Part shown: piece by piece, positions 38,976 to 51,900 of the stretch
Numbering within the stretch: the first letter of the stretch is position 1
How the letters are laid out: every line of letters begins with the position of its first letter
Source: Ramazzottius varieornatus
Lineage: Eukaryota > Animalia > Tardigrada
Reading direction: 5' to 3'
NCBI GenBank assembly: GCA_001949185.1
Contig: BDGG01000007.1
Location: 1,012,730 to 1,076,729, forward strand
DNA: 64,000 bases
Position numbers and translations under genes: made by a program
Notes under the pieces: generated by a model
Database searches by the model: none
Told to the model about the DNA's origin: nothing
Seen by the model: only the letters and a program-made list of their open reading frames with translations

Positions 38976-39874
38976 AAACGATCTGGGCGACAATGTTTGC
39001 CGAGCTGCTGGTTTTTGAGGCCAGCACCTCTTCTCGAAAGTCCAAATGGTTCTTCTGTCGACAGCTGCTTTTGGTATTTCAGGTACTATCAATTTTTTCC
39101 CTATGCGCGCTCTGCGGAATATCCTTAGCTCAGTTTAGCGGCGGAGGCTTCGGTTCACCAAGCACCACCTATTCCTACTCGCCAGGTTTCGGCTACGGGA
39201 CTGGCGGACTGGGAGGAGGCGGCTATGGCGGACCAGGTGGCCTTGGAGGAGGATATGGTGGCGGTCTGGGAGGCTTTGGAGGGGGACTTGGAGGCCTTGG
39301 TGGTGGACTGGGTGGATTAGGCGGTCTGGGGGGTTATGGAGGAGGACTGGGTGGAGGACTAGGAGGCTATGGCGGACTCGGTGGATTTGGTGGTGGAGGT
39401 CTCGGAGGACCTGGTGGCTACGGGGACCTCGGTGGTTATGGTGGAGGTCTCGGTGGAGGCCTCGGAGGTTACGGCGGAGGATTAGGTGGATATGGTGGTG
39501 GACTAGGAGGTGGGTTGGGCGGATATGGAGGAGGCCTCGGAGGACTAGGGGGTTTCGGATCGGGGCTAGGCGGATATGGTGGTGGCGGTTTCGGTGGCGG
39601 TCTCGGTGGCGGTTATGAAGGACTAGGAGCTTCTTCATCGTACGGTCCTTCGTCCAGCGGTACGTACTGGGTGCAAGATGCAATTACTCACGTGTTTGCC
39701 ATCGGATCGCCAACGCGGTGGTGATGTGGTGTAGGAAGTTGGTGGAGTGCCTCGGAATGCGCTCGTTGGCACACTTTGGCCGGTTATTCAGAAGTTTCAT
39801 AATTATAACGATGTCTGTGCTTTGTAGGGTATGGCGGTCTCGGAACGTTGTACGGAAACTACGGCCGCAAATGA
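38861..39874 (+). CDS. Secreted Gly/Tyr/Leu-rich protein (~210 aa) ending in -YGRK
   Basis: Micro-exon ATG AGA AAC (38861-38869) followed by GTAAGT, then exons 39083-39659 and 39828-39874. Signal peptide 'MRNVLSIFSLCALCGISLA'. GGYGGGLGG repeats. Confidence 0.8.
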
Positions 39875-40392
39875 GTCATTTGATTACAACGATCTCACTG
39901 TCCCTGTCTAGTGTTCTTGATGAAAGGTTTGTGGTGCTGGCACTACGTAAACTTGCTAATGTGTGGCAACTTCCAACATGCGTTGCTCTTGTATTCTCGG
40001 ATTCAACTGGCCAACGCAATACGCGTAAAACATTGTCTTCCTTTACCACGATATAAAGTGAGCATGAGCGAAGCAAATGTCTTTAATTTGTGTCTTGCTG
40101 AAAATCCTTGCACGGGAGCGGGCGAAGAGCACATACTGCAGGTGTGTCCCTCACCCGGGGTGCACGACGGAGAATCGTCATGACCAGCGTATTGATTGTC
40201 GAGATTCGGTCTATTGCCGGTGTGCTTGACTTGGGGAAACGCCAAGATGAATGTCAAATTTATACTAACGCCATGCATTCATTAGTTTTGAAAACTGGAC
40301 ATTGGCGTTCATGTCTCGCGAGATCGGTGACGTGTATTTGCGCCGTTCGGCTAACGCATGGGAAGTGGGTCCGAATGTAATAATTGAAATAA

Positions 40393-43300
40393 CACTGTAA
40401 TACCGGGCAATTTGATGCTGGCAGAATACCGGGGGTACAACTAAGTTTCGCAGCCTTTTAACTGGCTGGAAGCACGACAGAGGCGTGTACAGACCAATCA
40501 CGGTGCTACTTCATGAAGTTGCGAACGTTACTGCGCAAAACCAACGTAGTGTTCCGCCACGTGACCGCGGTACGCCAATGTATTTCATTTCAGTTTTCGC
40601 TACACTCATTTCCATTCTTTCTTGCTGCAATCTAAACAAACAACACTCTGCTTCGTTAATCTGTGCGCTGCACAAACATGGACGTTACATGAGCCACACA
40701 CAATCATCGTTCTTCGCTCAGTCTTTCTGGGACAGTATCTGCATCTGGTTGACTTCTTGGACGAAACAGTAGCTCGGGCAGTACCAGCAGTTTCGCCCGT
40801 GTCTTCGTTATTTGGTACCACGGAGGCTATGGACTACTTGATGGCGGAGGAAAGGCGTGCCACCGTCGATCGTCGCTGGAACTGTGGCTGCATCAACTGT
40901 TTGCTCATCTTCTGGACAAAGATACGGCGCCGCATGGGCAAGGTAGGATTCCACTCAGGCTTGACTTCGGACCATATTACGTACGCGTTCAGCGCAGAGA
41001 TATCCAGAATGTCAAACGGTGCCATCGGCCATCGGCATGTTTTACGACGGCAGCTGTACTGTATTTCCTCAAGAGTTCTACGCAGCACGTGAATTACACC
41101 CGGGTTGAGACCACACAATCTACACATATAAAATCAACAGTCAGACTACATGGATCAGGACTAAAATCACTCTTCCTCCCAATCTTCGCTTTCTACCGAG
41201 CTGAAGCTACATTCAAATGCACAATCCAGGTCATCCAAGTCTTCAACCAGGTCTTCCTGGCTTGCTAACATGTATAAGGGCTCAGGCATAATTTGAGCAC
41301 CCACAAAAGAATTTTTACTGTTGTCACTTTAATTTTCTCCCAAGCTTCCGAGACAAAATCGATAAGTTTGATCCATGTTAATTATTTTGAAAGGTGATGT
41401 TCTCCTTATTGAAACGACTTCTTGGATTTTCCAAAGAAACGACTCTTCTGAAATCTGTAATCAAAATGCGTAGTAACGAAAAACACGTACTGCATCATAA
41501 AGCGGAGTATGACGTCGCGATATAAATAGGACATAAACGTTTCACAAAATGCGGATTATTTTACTTTTGTTGACGTCATGAGTTTCGCGCAACAATGTTT
41601 TTATCATACCAGATCTTCCTCCGTTCGTTCTAATTCCCGACCAATCTTTGTCGTTGCTCTTGTGACGATATTGTATCTTTTTCTGAACCTCTCAACCCAG
41701 CCTCTCGAAGCTTTGAATTCGAGAATCTTCATTTCCTTCGCTACAAGCCCTATCTTTTGAAGATCGAAGTTTCGCGTCGGCAGGTACTTCTCTGGTCGAT
41801 CCATATATCGACTGTACACCTCTTCTTCGAGCCTTGGATAAAAAATCTTTCTTCCGGCTTTTGATATTTTCGGGCAACTGACCGTTCCTGACAATGGATA
41901 ATACAACGTACATCGTGACTGTCGATCAATTTAGCTTATTTGAAACTTCAGTATCTTACTTCCATCTTCAAAGCGTAGATTCATGAATACCAACGGTTTT
42001 CGCGTAGCCACGCAGACTTCCTTCCCATCTTTCTAGCGCTAGCAGATGCCGCTGAGCCTCACCCAAGGTGTGAGTATCGTGATGGCACCTATTTTCCATG
42101 ATGCAACAGAACAACACGAGACGAACAGTTATACGTTCCGCACAAGATTAAAGCGAGTAGAATTGATCAGAATTTTCCACTGTCATGGCTTGTATTGGAA
42201 AATCAAACAATCAACGCATCTCATGTCAAGATATACACGGGTGATATGTACTGGTCCTATGACGTACTGCGTAGAACTCTTGAGGAAATTCAGTAGTTCC
42301 CTGTAAGCTGGTCCAGAGTATCGACTCTTGCTTTGGTCCGGTTATACTCAGCGACGATTTGTGGCTTTTCCTCTTCCGACTGCTCGTCAATTTCCCTGAA
42401 ATTAGATTTGCTCATGGCGTCACTTGGGAGATAGATAGATTTATTGAGCCTTGACAATCTAGTCGACGGCTTCCTCGATCGTCAGAGGATAACGAAGCAT
42501 CAAAATACAGTACTAACAGCTTTGGCAAGTAGAAGCGAAGGGCTTGCGCGGTGTGCCGATCGACCCCAAGTTGATCTTCACATCCGATCGACCCGTACCG
42601 ACGGGGCTGTTGGTAACCGCTGATGCATGGTAGGAGCTGGCTCGAGAGACGCGAAGGCAGGACGGCTGGACGGCTGGATGGCCAGAGCGCCAGGGCTGAT
42701 GGATAGTACAGCTGGTTGGGTCGCTGCAGTGGCTAGTTGGTTCGCTGTCATCCCCTGTAGGATCAGCCACTCATCGACTGTAAATCTCGGTTGAGCGAGA
42801 GTTCCTAGCAGAGGCGTACCCGCTGAGAGACCGAGGGAAAAGCCAAACGGGGGTCCTAGCGGGAAACCTATAGGAAATCCCGTAATCAGTCCTGACATTT
42901 GGTAAGGAACAGGCTCCAATCATCCCACCAAACATGCTGAAGGGGAAATTCATAATCTGAAAATAGCATTTGGTTACTTCCTATGTCCGGTCGATACAGC
43001 TCGGGAACCTGAGTTCGCAGAGGTCGCCTGTAAGGTCTCGACGAGGAGCGTCAAGAAGAGGACATATAGCCAAAAAATGCGGTCTGTTTTCGATTCCGAC
43101 TTAGCAGAGACGGCACTTCCGGTCTTCCCGGTGAATGCGAGTGGTGGATGATCCCCATCGGCCCGCTTCAACTCACAGATTGAACGATTATAAAAGAACG
43201 CGGCACAATGAGTGCGCCAGTCCAACAGGGAACTTAGAACTGTCGAAAAGCCAACTTGACAGTTCATCGGAAGAAAAACCTTCACAAGAAAGTCGAGTTT

Positions 43301-45745
43301 TAGTGAGAGAGCAACCATTCTGTGAATGGCTGCAAGAAACTGGTTCTGAGCTAATGCGAAGAACTCAGAGTGGTCAAAGCAGGATATCTTCGCCATTGAG
43401 ACCTCTACAGAGTCTGAATCATTTAGCCCGAAGACAAGCTGCAAGAAGCGGTTGTATATGGTTCCCCGTAACTTACGGTCGGCTGGGATCTGCTTTAGGG
43501 CACAAATTTCAAGCTTGTCCACCGACGAGCGAGCTGTTTTCGTATACAACTGTACTGTTATCTCGGCAATTTGAAAGCTCGGCGGAAGCCGGCCCGTTAT
43601 GTGATACACCGCGTGGTCAGGCGAGGTTCGCCTTAATCCAAGGGATTTGAGACAGCGGGTATGTTTGGCACGTACTTAAATTGAAACTTTAAGTCATCTA
43701 CGTTACACGCAAGCATTGTTACAGACTGCGATTCCGGACATCTGAAAATCGCGAATTACGTCACAACAGAACTTAGTACTAACACAAGAACATTACCGTC
43801 ATGCGTGTACTTACGCGTCTCGGTGTATCGAGCTGAGTAGGATAACCGCCTTGCTTTCCTTCGGGACATACGACACGAGAGTGAAGTCTGAAGCTTGACC
43901 GAAGAGGGACGAAAGGACTTCGCGGTTCTTGCTAGGCAGGAAAGCAGAAGGAATTTCTGACTTATTCTTCCGCATCGTCCCGATGAGGAAAATTTTCTTC
44001 TTGAGCAGAGCCTCATCCAACGACAACGAAGTAAAGAAGTTGTCAGTCGTCCCATTTCTGCCTGAGCTATCACCGAGGTATTCTACGAGGTTTAGCACCA
44101 CTCATTGTCCCTGATTCTTCTCGGCCTTTCCACCTACAGGCTTCCCAGTGTACAGCTGTATGGTTTAGCACTAGGAAGTACGACAGCAACACAGAAGAAA
44201 TAGTCTTAGCCCGTACTTGCTTCGCAGCTTGGTGGGAATATGCTGCTTGAAGCCGCAACGTCCTTTGAAGGGAAACAATTGTTCGTCGAAATACATAAAA
44301 ACACATAAATTCAACAGCTTCTCAGACGTTGCGACCACAAGTCGAACAGCTCTTTCACATGAGCCATCTTATCCAGCTCCCATCCGTTCTTCTCGAGTGT
44401 TCTTGTCGTCGAACCGCAAGCTGCAAGTAATCTGGGAGAACCGTATACGAGACATGCACGCTTGGTAGATTTTCTTTCCATAGCCCTCACTCCACAAATC
44501 CGAAACAGTCACCGTACCGTCGTGGTAAACACCTTGTAGCAACAGAATACCCAAGTTGACATCAAGCTCCACTACGTCCAAGACGGCCCAGCGATCCCCG
44601 TATCGCTCGGTGCCTTCTACGTTCGTGAGGCGTATGATGGTATCCTTGATGGCGGGAGTCAGAAACAAATGGAAGCTTTCGATCATATCGCGTGTGGAAT
44701 CACTCCTCCTGCTCCTGTCATCTGGTTGACCTCCCCTGGCTTCCTGCTGTCTGCCGGGAAGCGAGCTCATTCTACGACACCGTTCCTGCTTACGAAAGGT
44801 CCGACATCGCTGAGTTGACATAGAACATCTCATCGTCACTTTCCGTATCCGTCTGCTCATCGCCCACTTCTGTTGCGTCAGGTTCAGCTGAGACCTCCGC
44901 ATCGTCTTCCGGCAGGTCTGAGGCACAGCTACCCGTTTCCAAATATGCGACATCATCTTCATCATCATCCATTCTCTGAGACCAGCACTGAAAGACGGAG
45001 CAAAGAAAAGCAAACTCAGCCTCGAAACCGAATTACTTTTCCACACAGAAACCTACTCAACCAGGGTAACCGATGTGCACCTGTTGATTTTGTGTGGTTT
45101 ATTGTTGCATGCTGCCAGTATTAGAAATGCAGAACGGTAGTAACGAATTATGATCAGTCGAAATAGCTGCATCATTCTGTACGATTCTGCAACCACTTTG
45201 ACAAATCAATGAAGCAACTACCAGTCAGCAAATCAACAATCAAGATCAACCGCAAGTGTGCCACTTTATCGATGCAATAACGCATAGAGAAACGATCTTC
45301 TTTCCTCGTCCCGATCCTCCCCGTACCTCACCACCGTGAATCTTGCGGATGTACTCGAGGAGTGCATCTGTAGCCGATATCCAAACACCACGAGCAACTT
45401 GCGATTTTTTGTCTGACCACTGGACAACCGCTAGTTGGACGCTGGAGATATAATGGTGTAAAGAAGTGATTGTGAGTTGTTGTGAATTTTTTTCCAGCTG
45501 TTGAAACGCTTGGCGCGTGAAGGAGGACCTGGAACATGTGTTGGGAGCAGTTTGCCCTCGAGCCTCGTGAAATATCTCTAATTTCGTACGTAGTGTTTGG
45601 CCAGTGGTCACTAGCTACATGTCATATAGAACTTGCCACTACAGGCAAACAAAAAATACTGAACCGCCAAAGCTGCACAGGAAGTGATTTGCGGTCAGGT
45701 GACCGTGCGCTGCGAAACCGAGTTGTAACCCCGGTATTATGAGTG
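40393..45745 (-). mobile_element. piggyBac element with a decayed transposase
   Basis: Ends CACT..TAATACCGGG plus internal repeat ATACCGGGG.TACAACT..GTTTCGCAGC. Flanks ATAA (40389-40392) and TTAA (45746-45749). Catalytic motifs 'FDEQLFPFKGRC', 'TTDNFFTS' and 'YNRTKARVDTLDQ', then 'YSCRRKTCRWP' and the C-terminal Cys-rich finger 'CRYC...CGSCNVHVCAAH...CLDC'. Stops and frameshifts are present. Confidence 0.93.
41059..42293 (-). mobile_element. pogo/Tigger-like element inserted in the piggyBac transposase
   Basis: TIRs CTG(T/A)ATTTCCTCAAGAGTTCTACGCAG. TA duplicated at 41057-41058 and 42294-42295, inside the Tyr codon of 'GNYSCRRK'. CENP-B-type HTH 'YPRLEEEV....FKASRGWVERFRKRYNI'. Confidence 0.9.
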
Positions 45746-45990
45746 TTAATGACAACTTTAGCTGCGGCACGTATCAATATCAAAGGTCTTTGAATGCAAC
45801 GGATTCCCTCCGGGGATCCCAGAATGGAGCAGCTGAGGCAGTGTACTGCTGAACGAACTTCAGCGAATACATTGCAAGATACATTACAATGTCATGCACA
45901 TGCAGAAAGGTGAAATACTTGAAAGCGATACTGTTACCCTGGCGGGTTGTCCCGTAAGTAAATGTTCATAAAAGGTTTGAAAATACAAAT

Positions 45991-48900
45991 CTACACCGAA
46001 TCTAGTTCGCCGTCGGCATCATGACAGGGCGGACAGTAGCGCACATAATGGCCGCGGTATAGGTCGACCAGTTCTTCGTGGAGGACCTGCGGCGAACAGC
46101 CCATCTTTGTCGGGCTGGATATTCTGCTTGGTGTCAGTGTGCCCTTTACATGGGCTTTCTGGACGGCGAGAGCACGGAATAAAGGCGGCGTTCTCAGGGA
46201 CCACTTTTTCGTGGAAGATAAACGCGACACCGTCTGGAAAGGCCACTTCCTCCTGCTGTGCTCGCTTACCGGATTGCAACAGGAAAGCTTGAGAGCTTTA
46301 CACATGGCCACACGGAAACGACGGCTCATGGCGTTGTACAGGAATGGATTCATGGCGGAATTGAGGTAGATTAACGTCTTAGCGAAGAACATGTAGCCGA
46401 TATCCAACCAAGGAGTTTCCACGAAGGTGTTGTAGACGAGAAGACCGCGGTAAGGCAGCCAGGCAATGGCGAAGAGGATGACGATGACAATTAGCATTCG
46501 AAGAACCTGCAGAGATGCGCAGACAAAGCTGATCAAACGGATGTACTCATATGTTCCACTTTTCGGAAAGTCCGATGGAATATTTCCGTGCAATTAAATG
46601 AACAGAGAGAAGCGAATCTGGAGGAGCCAGAAGTGCCCTCTAGTTGATTACTTCGGGTTATTATTGCAGGCTTATGTCACATAACATTGAGCCAAGCCGT
46701 TGTTTTTACGTGAAAGCTCATCCGAGGACACATTAAGGATACAGTAAATGGGTTTGCCCTGCACCATAATTAATCCCGGATTTCCGAAAAGGCTGTATTA
46801 CTTGCTTTGTTGATTTCGACCAATTTAATTTCCGGTTTAGCATTAAGGAAGGTGTTGTAACAACGTACCCGAACTCGGGAGCGAGCAGCGTAGATCAAGC
46901 GCTGTTTCGAACATTGCCTGGAGGATTCCCGCCGAATTAAATCCCTTTCCAACCAGTCACTGGTACCGCAGCCGCCAGCAGGTAGCGCTGTGTTGCGCGA
47001 CCCAGCCCGACTCAGTTGGTTCTTCTCACAGCCCAGCTCTGCTCCTTCCACCTCCCGTTTCATCAAAGCCAGGCTATTGTACAGCACCCGGCCAATCTTA
47101 GCGTACACCACAATGGCGACAACAAGTGGAATGACGTAGAACAGAAGGAGGTCCGCTCCGAAGACGGCAATGTAGGCACCTTTCGACGTCAGGCCCATTT
47201 CACACTGTTCGCGGTCGTCATGGTATGGGTCCTTGCGGACAGAAGTCAGCCCCAGCCAGGGAGAGCAGTAGAGCATGCCGAAGATCCACGTTCCTTTGAT
47301 GATCTTGATGGTGCGTTCAATCGTGCACACTTTGCGAGCTAGCAGGGGGTAACAGATGGCGATGAAGCGTTCAATGGTGAAGGCCAGGATACTACAAAAA
47401 GTCACGCTTCATTTCATCATCAACAAACTTCCTTTCATACTGGTTTCTGTACTCCAACCCACCATCCCAATTTAGCGCATCCTGCTTTCATAACCCTTTT
47501 TGTCTGTTTAATTTTGCTAATACACACAGTAAGCACGCAGTAATTGCTTCACAGAATGTCCACACCGCAATCTGTGAACACAAAGCCTTGGAGTTGTTAA
47601 CAAGCGGAAAACGTTGAATGGACCTTGTAAGCGGGCTTCGTTGTGATTTCGCTCTGTTTACTTTTCTCCTGGTTCTGGTCAGCGGAAAATCTGAACGGTC
47701 ATCGAAGTCAGAATACACCAACTTTCGTAGTTCTTGGGGCCATTTCAACAAAATGGTTCTCGGTTTTCCGTCAAAGTCAACATGGAGCTACAGGAGGAGT
47801 GTTTCGAAGCATGAATTCTCTGTTCTGAAAAACAACTAAAATTTTTCCCCGAACGAGCTTTTCCGACAGAACGCCCAAATTCGATGGTTCCAGGTGATTC
47901 GTCGTTCAGAACTTTTTCTGTTTTATACTCGGTACTTTCCGACAACTAAGGTGGTTGTGCGTCTATGTATTGGCATGAAGTTAGAAATGAAAACTCAAGC
48001 ATGGAATTTCGCAGACCGCATTTGACTCGCGCGAAAGAAAAGGTTGGATCAAACGATTCCGAAACAGGGGAACGGCGGAAGTACGTACGTAAGTGTGCCA
48101 TTCACACTAACGCACTTTTCGGGAATTTCCTATGGTTGGATTTCAAATTAACCGTCTTGTCCGTCTGATCCGAAATTCTACTGCTTCAAACTTTCCTTTC
48201 GCGCGTGTACCATGAATGGGTGTGGTAATTAAAATACAGTTCAACGTGAGATCTTGCTTTCCACAGAAAGACTTTCCAATGTATACCGCGCATAGATGCG
48301 TCGATTTAGGACCCAATTTTATTTAGAGGGTTTGACGTCTTCATAATCTTTGGTTCTTACGTGTTAGCTATGTTTGTTTGTTTGTTTGCTTGCCTTTCTT
48401 ACATACATTTCTCCCCGCGTGGTATTACGTACTCAAGGCATACCTGTGCTGCTATGACTCCCTGCTCAGTCTCCCCTAAACCCTTTTCCTGCAGTATACC
48501 CATAATACAGCATATGGGTGTATACCAGGCTACCTACCCAACCCCCATACCCTTTTTCTGGACTATTACAGCCATACAGTCTTACACCTCATATCAGGCA
48601 CCTATGAACCATCCCCTATTCCCTCTTTCTGGACTATTACTGCCATACAGTCTTACACCGTATACCAGGCATACTACCTCATCCCCGATACTCTCTTTCT
48701 GGACTATTACCGCCTTACAGTCTTACGTGGTGTACCAGGGTACCTACCCGGTCCCCAATACCCTTTTTCTGGACTATTACCGCCTTACAGTCTTACGTGG
48801 TGTACCAGGGTACCTACCCGGTCCCCAATACCCTTTTTCTGGACTATTACTGCCATACAGTCTTACAGTGTATGGCAGTAATACCCACCGCGTCCACGAT

Positions 48901-51900
48901 GCCTTGTTTCTAGACTATCACTCTCAGGCAGTCTAACGCCATGTCAGTGCTGTTACCTCACCCGTCTCCCATGTCGACTTTTGCGATTATTACATTCACA
49001 CAGTCTCACAGTGTATGCCAATCAGTCTTTCACTATCAACCCTCCCAGCTGTCGGGACTATCTCTGTGTAATGGTTTACTCGGGTCTTTGTTTTAGACAG
49101 GTTGACTTCTAGGTTTTTGTATCGTGTTTATTCGTATAAGAAAGTTTTGTCCTGGAGCGTTTGTAGTGAAAACGTTCGGTCTTTTAAATGATGTACGTTG
49201 TACTGCAAAAGTACGAGGAAGGAAGGGAGTGCCGTGGGTGCATGAGATTCTACAAGTACTGCTCGCAAACCAAATACAGTCCACCAGGCACATTCTTAAT
49301 CATGATTTTCTATGATGGCCGTGCCGGTTGATGGAGCTTCGTTAGGTTTTTCGTCGGTTTTCCTTCTGCCGTCATGCTCGGTACGTTAACTGCGAGTTTT
49401 GCAATCAAGTTGCAACCAATTGTTGTTCGTTATATCGCGGGAGAGTTTTTTCTTTATTTGCCTGTTGTTCAACCAATAGCAATTGTTGGAATGTCATTGG
49501 TGAAATTGTTATAGGTTCCTGAGCTGGGGCCGACCAATTGGCTTGTTTGGTTGCCGCCTCCTGGTGCCGGGATAGGCTTGTTGTGCTTTGAATTCACTTC
49601 TCATACTTCAGCGTGTATATTCGGTTTGTGTTATTAGTGTGCTTAAAATTAGTAACCGGTAGTCGTTCTGTTTGGTAGCGTTTCTTTCTTCCAGAAAGTT
49701 TTGAGCGTTTTTCCATCTTGGTAGAATGTGACGTTTCATGTTTTGGGATTCTTTCGCTCCGGCCATGGAACTTTTTACTGCTCGCCATCAGGCAGTTGAC
49801 AAGGAGTCCAGAAACAGGGCATAGTGGACGGTGTGGGTAGATTGGCATACACTCTTAGACTGTATGACAGTAATAGTCCAGAAAGAGGGAACGGGGGATG
49901 GGGTAGGTAGCCTGGTATGGGACGTAAGACTGTAGGGCAGTAATAGTCCAGAAAGAGGGTATGGGGGACGGGATAGTAGCCTGATCCTAATTTATATATA
50001 CTGCTATCCATTTATTTTCACTGTACGCTCTCGCGTTCGCACAGTTTCAGTCCGAATTGGTTTGAACTTTGCCCAGAATTCAGGAATATTGTCTAGCTGT
50101 CACCAACGAGGTCGGTTTTTCAGTTTTTTTATTCTGTAGTTCAGATTTTGATTTTCTCTTGCAATTTTCATGGCTCCTGCGTGTTTTCCTGATGCGGCTC
50201 ATTGCCTAGCAAACTAGCAAATACTTTAGGCAGCTCCATTCTCGACGCCTATGTGCTCTGATACATCGATCTTCCTGTGGAACTGTTCCTGGTAGTCACA
50301 AGCGAGGAACTCAACAAGGTTCGTTTCAGTTCCGTCCACTATTTGGAACTTGGTGGTTCAGACCTACTCGAACATCATCTGTGTTTCGCTAATCTAATGT
50401 TTTTGGGGCAAATGGTTACCCAGCGGACCGAACGTTCCCGAAGCCCACATGTAAAGCTGTAGAGAATGGTCGGTGGGCTAGATCAAAGTGACTCTTGCAG
50501 CGGTTAAGGCCGTGACACTCTTTGGCCTCTGTTAGTTAAGGTAAACGGGGGAGGGGGGGAGGTAAAAGAGATAGTTGAAAGCTGGCCCACTGAAACAATG
50601 TGTCATCGGACACAACGTTCGCGCTCCAAATTGTTCAATGAAACGAAGTGTAGCAATCAATCTATCACCCTGAACGTTCATCAATGTGCTCTCACGTGCA
50701 GGTGCGTGATGCGCTGTGATCGAACCTAGCAGCGCCCAGTGCACAGTCACGCGATTCAATGGCGCAATGGCAAAATTCAGTCGTTCTTTCCTCGATACCT
50801 CGATCGAGGTATCTAATAAATATTGATATGTTATGTTAGATGCAAAAAGCGTCTAATAGATTCTAATTAAATATAATATCCACATATGCCAAAATCGCTA
50901 ACCGAAAATTGGCTATCCTACTGAGCTTGGATAAGGATTTTAAGACATTGGTCTTCAAGCGCGAACGTCAAAAGACGCGACAAACTTTTTATTTTCCGGG
51001 CATTACTTTGTATCTGATGAAAAAATTTGGTTTGAAATCAAACAGCATCGAAGTTTTTCTATGGTTTGAATTTGCGCACTCGGACGTTCCCGCGTTAGTC
51101 TACTATGTTTAGAGCGAGCCTACGGGATCTTCTCAGTCCTAACTGACCGAAACTTTCAATATTTACACTGCCGCTCCTCCGCGCTACCCGTTTCCGTTTT
51201 TCTACATCATTGACAAGCTGAGAGCGAGCCGAAGGCGAAGTGAACAGCTTGTATGAAATGTAAGATTGTGCGGCAGTAATAGTCCAGAAAGAGGGCATGG
51301 GGGATGGGGTAGGTAGCCTGGTATCTGATGTTTACCCTTTCTGAAATGCTCCTGTGTCTCACTCTACTGATCAATAATGCTGCCGCGTTATTACATACAA
51401 ACATGCATACAAACATCATTGGGACCTGAATCGAAGCAACTATCATACCGCGAGATAAGAAAAAGTTGCGGCGGTTACTCGGGCAAGTACTCGCTCTGAC
51501 TCGTTCACCGATGATCCTTGCGGCTACTCGTTTTTAACCTGACCTGACCCTGTAGTTTTCTTTTTAATTCGAAGTAACTGTAATTGGAGTCCCCAAACTG
51601 ATTCAAATTCCAGTAGAAATCCGACGGAAGCTCGGAAAAGTGATTCAACCGCATACAGAGGTTAAGATTACCGTTTCTGATATTTCAGAGACTTCCATCA
51701 AAAACCACAAAGCAATCGGGTAAGCTTTTTGATTGAAATATGGCAAATTTTTAGGTCCGAAAAGTTTACCAGAATCTAAATGGGGGAAAACGTTCTGTAT
51801 GTGAAAGCCATCTGACAGAAACAAATGACTAAATTCCGCACCATATGGAACCAACTTGCAATAAACATTCGAAAACTCGCCATCCAACTTGGACGATTGA

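Noticed and set aside
39135-39683. His/Arg-rich 182-aa antisense ORF
   Set aside because: It is a shadow of the GGN codons of the Gly-rich gene on the opposite strand.
48361-48936. 191-aa repetitive ORF
   Set aside because: It is a translation of the minisatellite, with no independent coding evidence.
48500-49070. CRISPR-like array
   Set aside because: The whole 70-bp unit repeats with no unique spacers. There are no cas genes, and the context is a eukaryotic intron.
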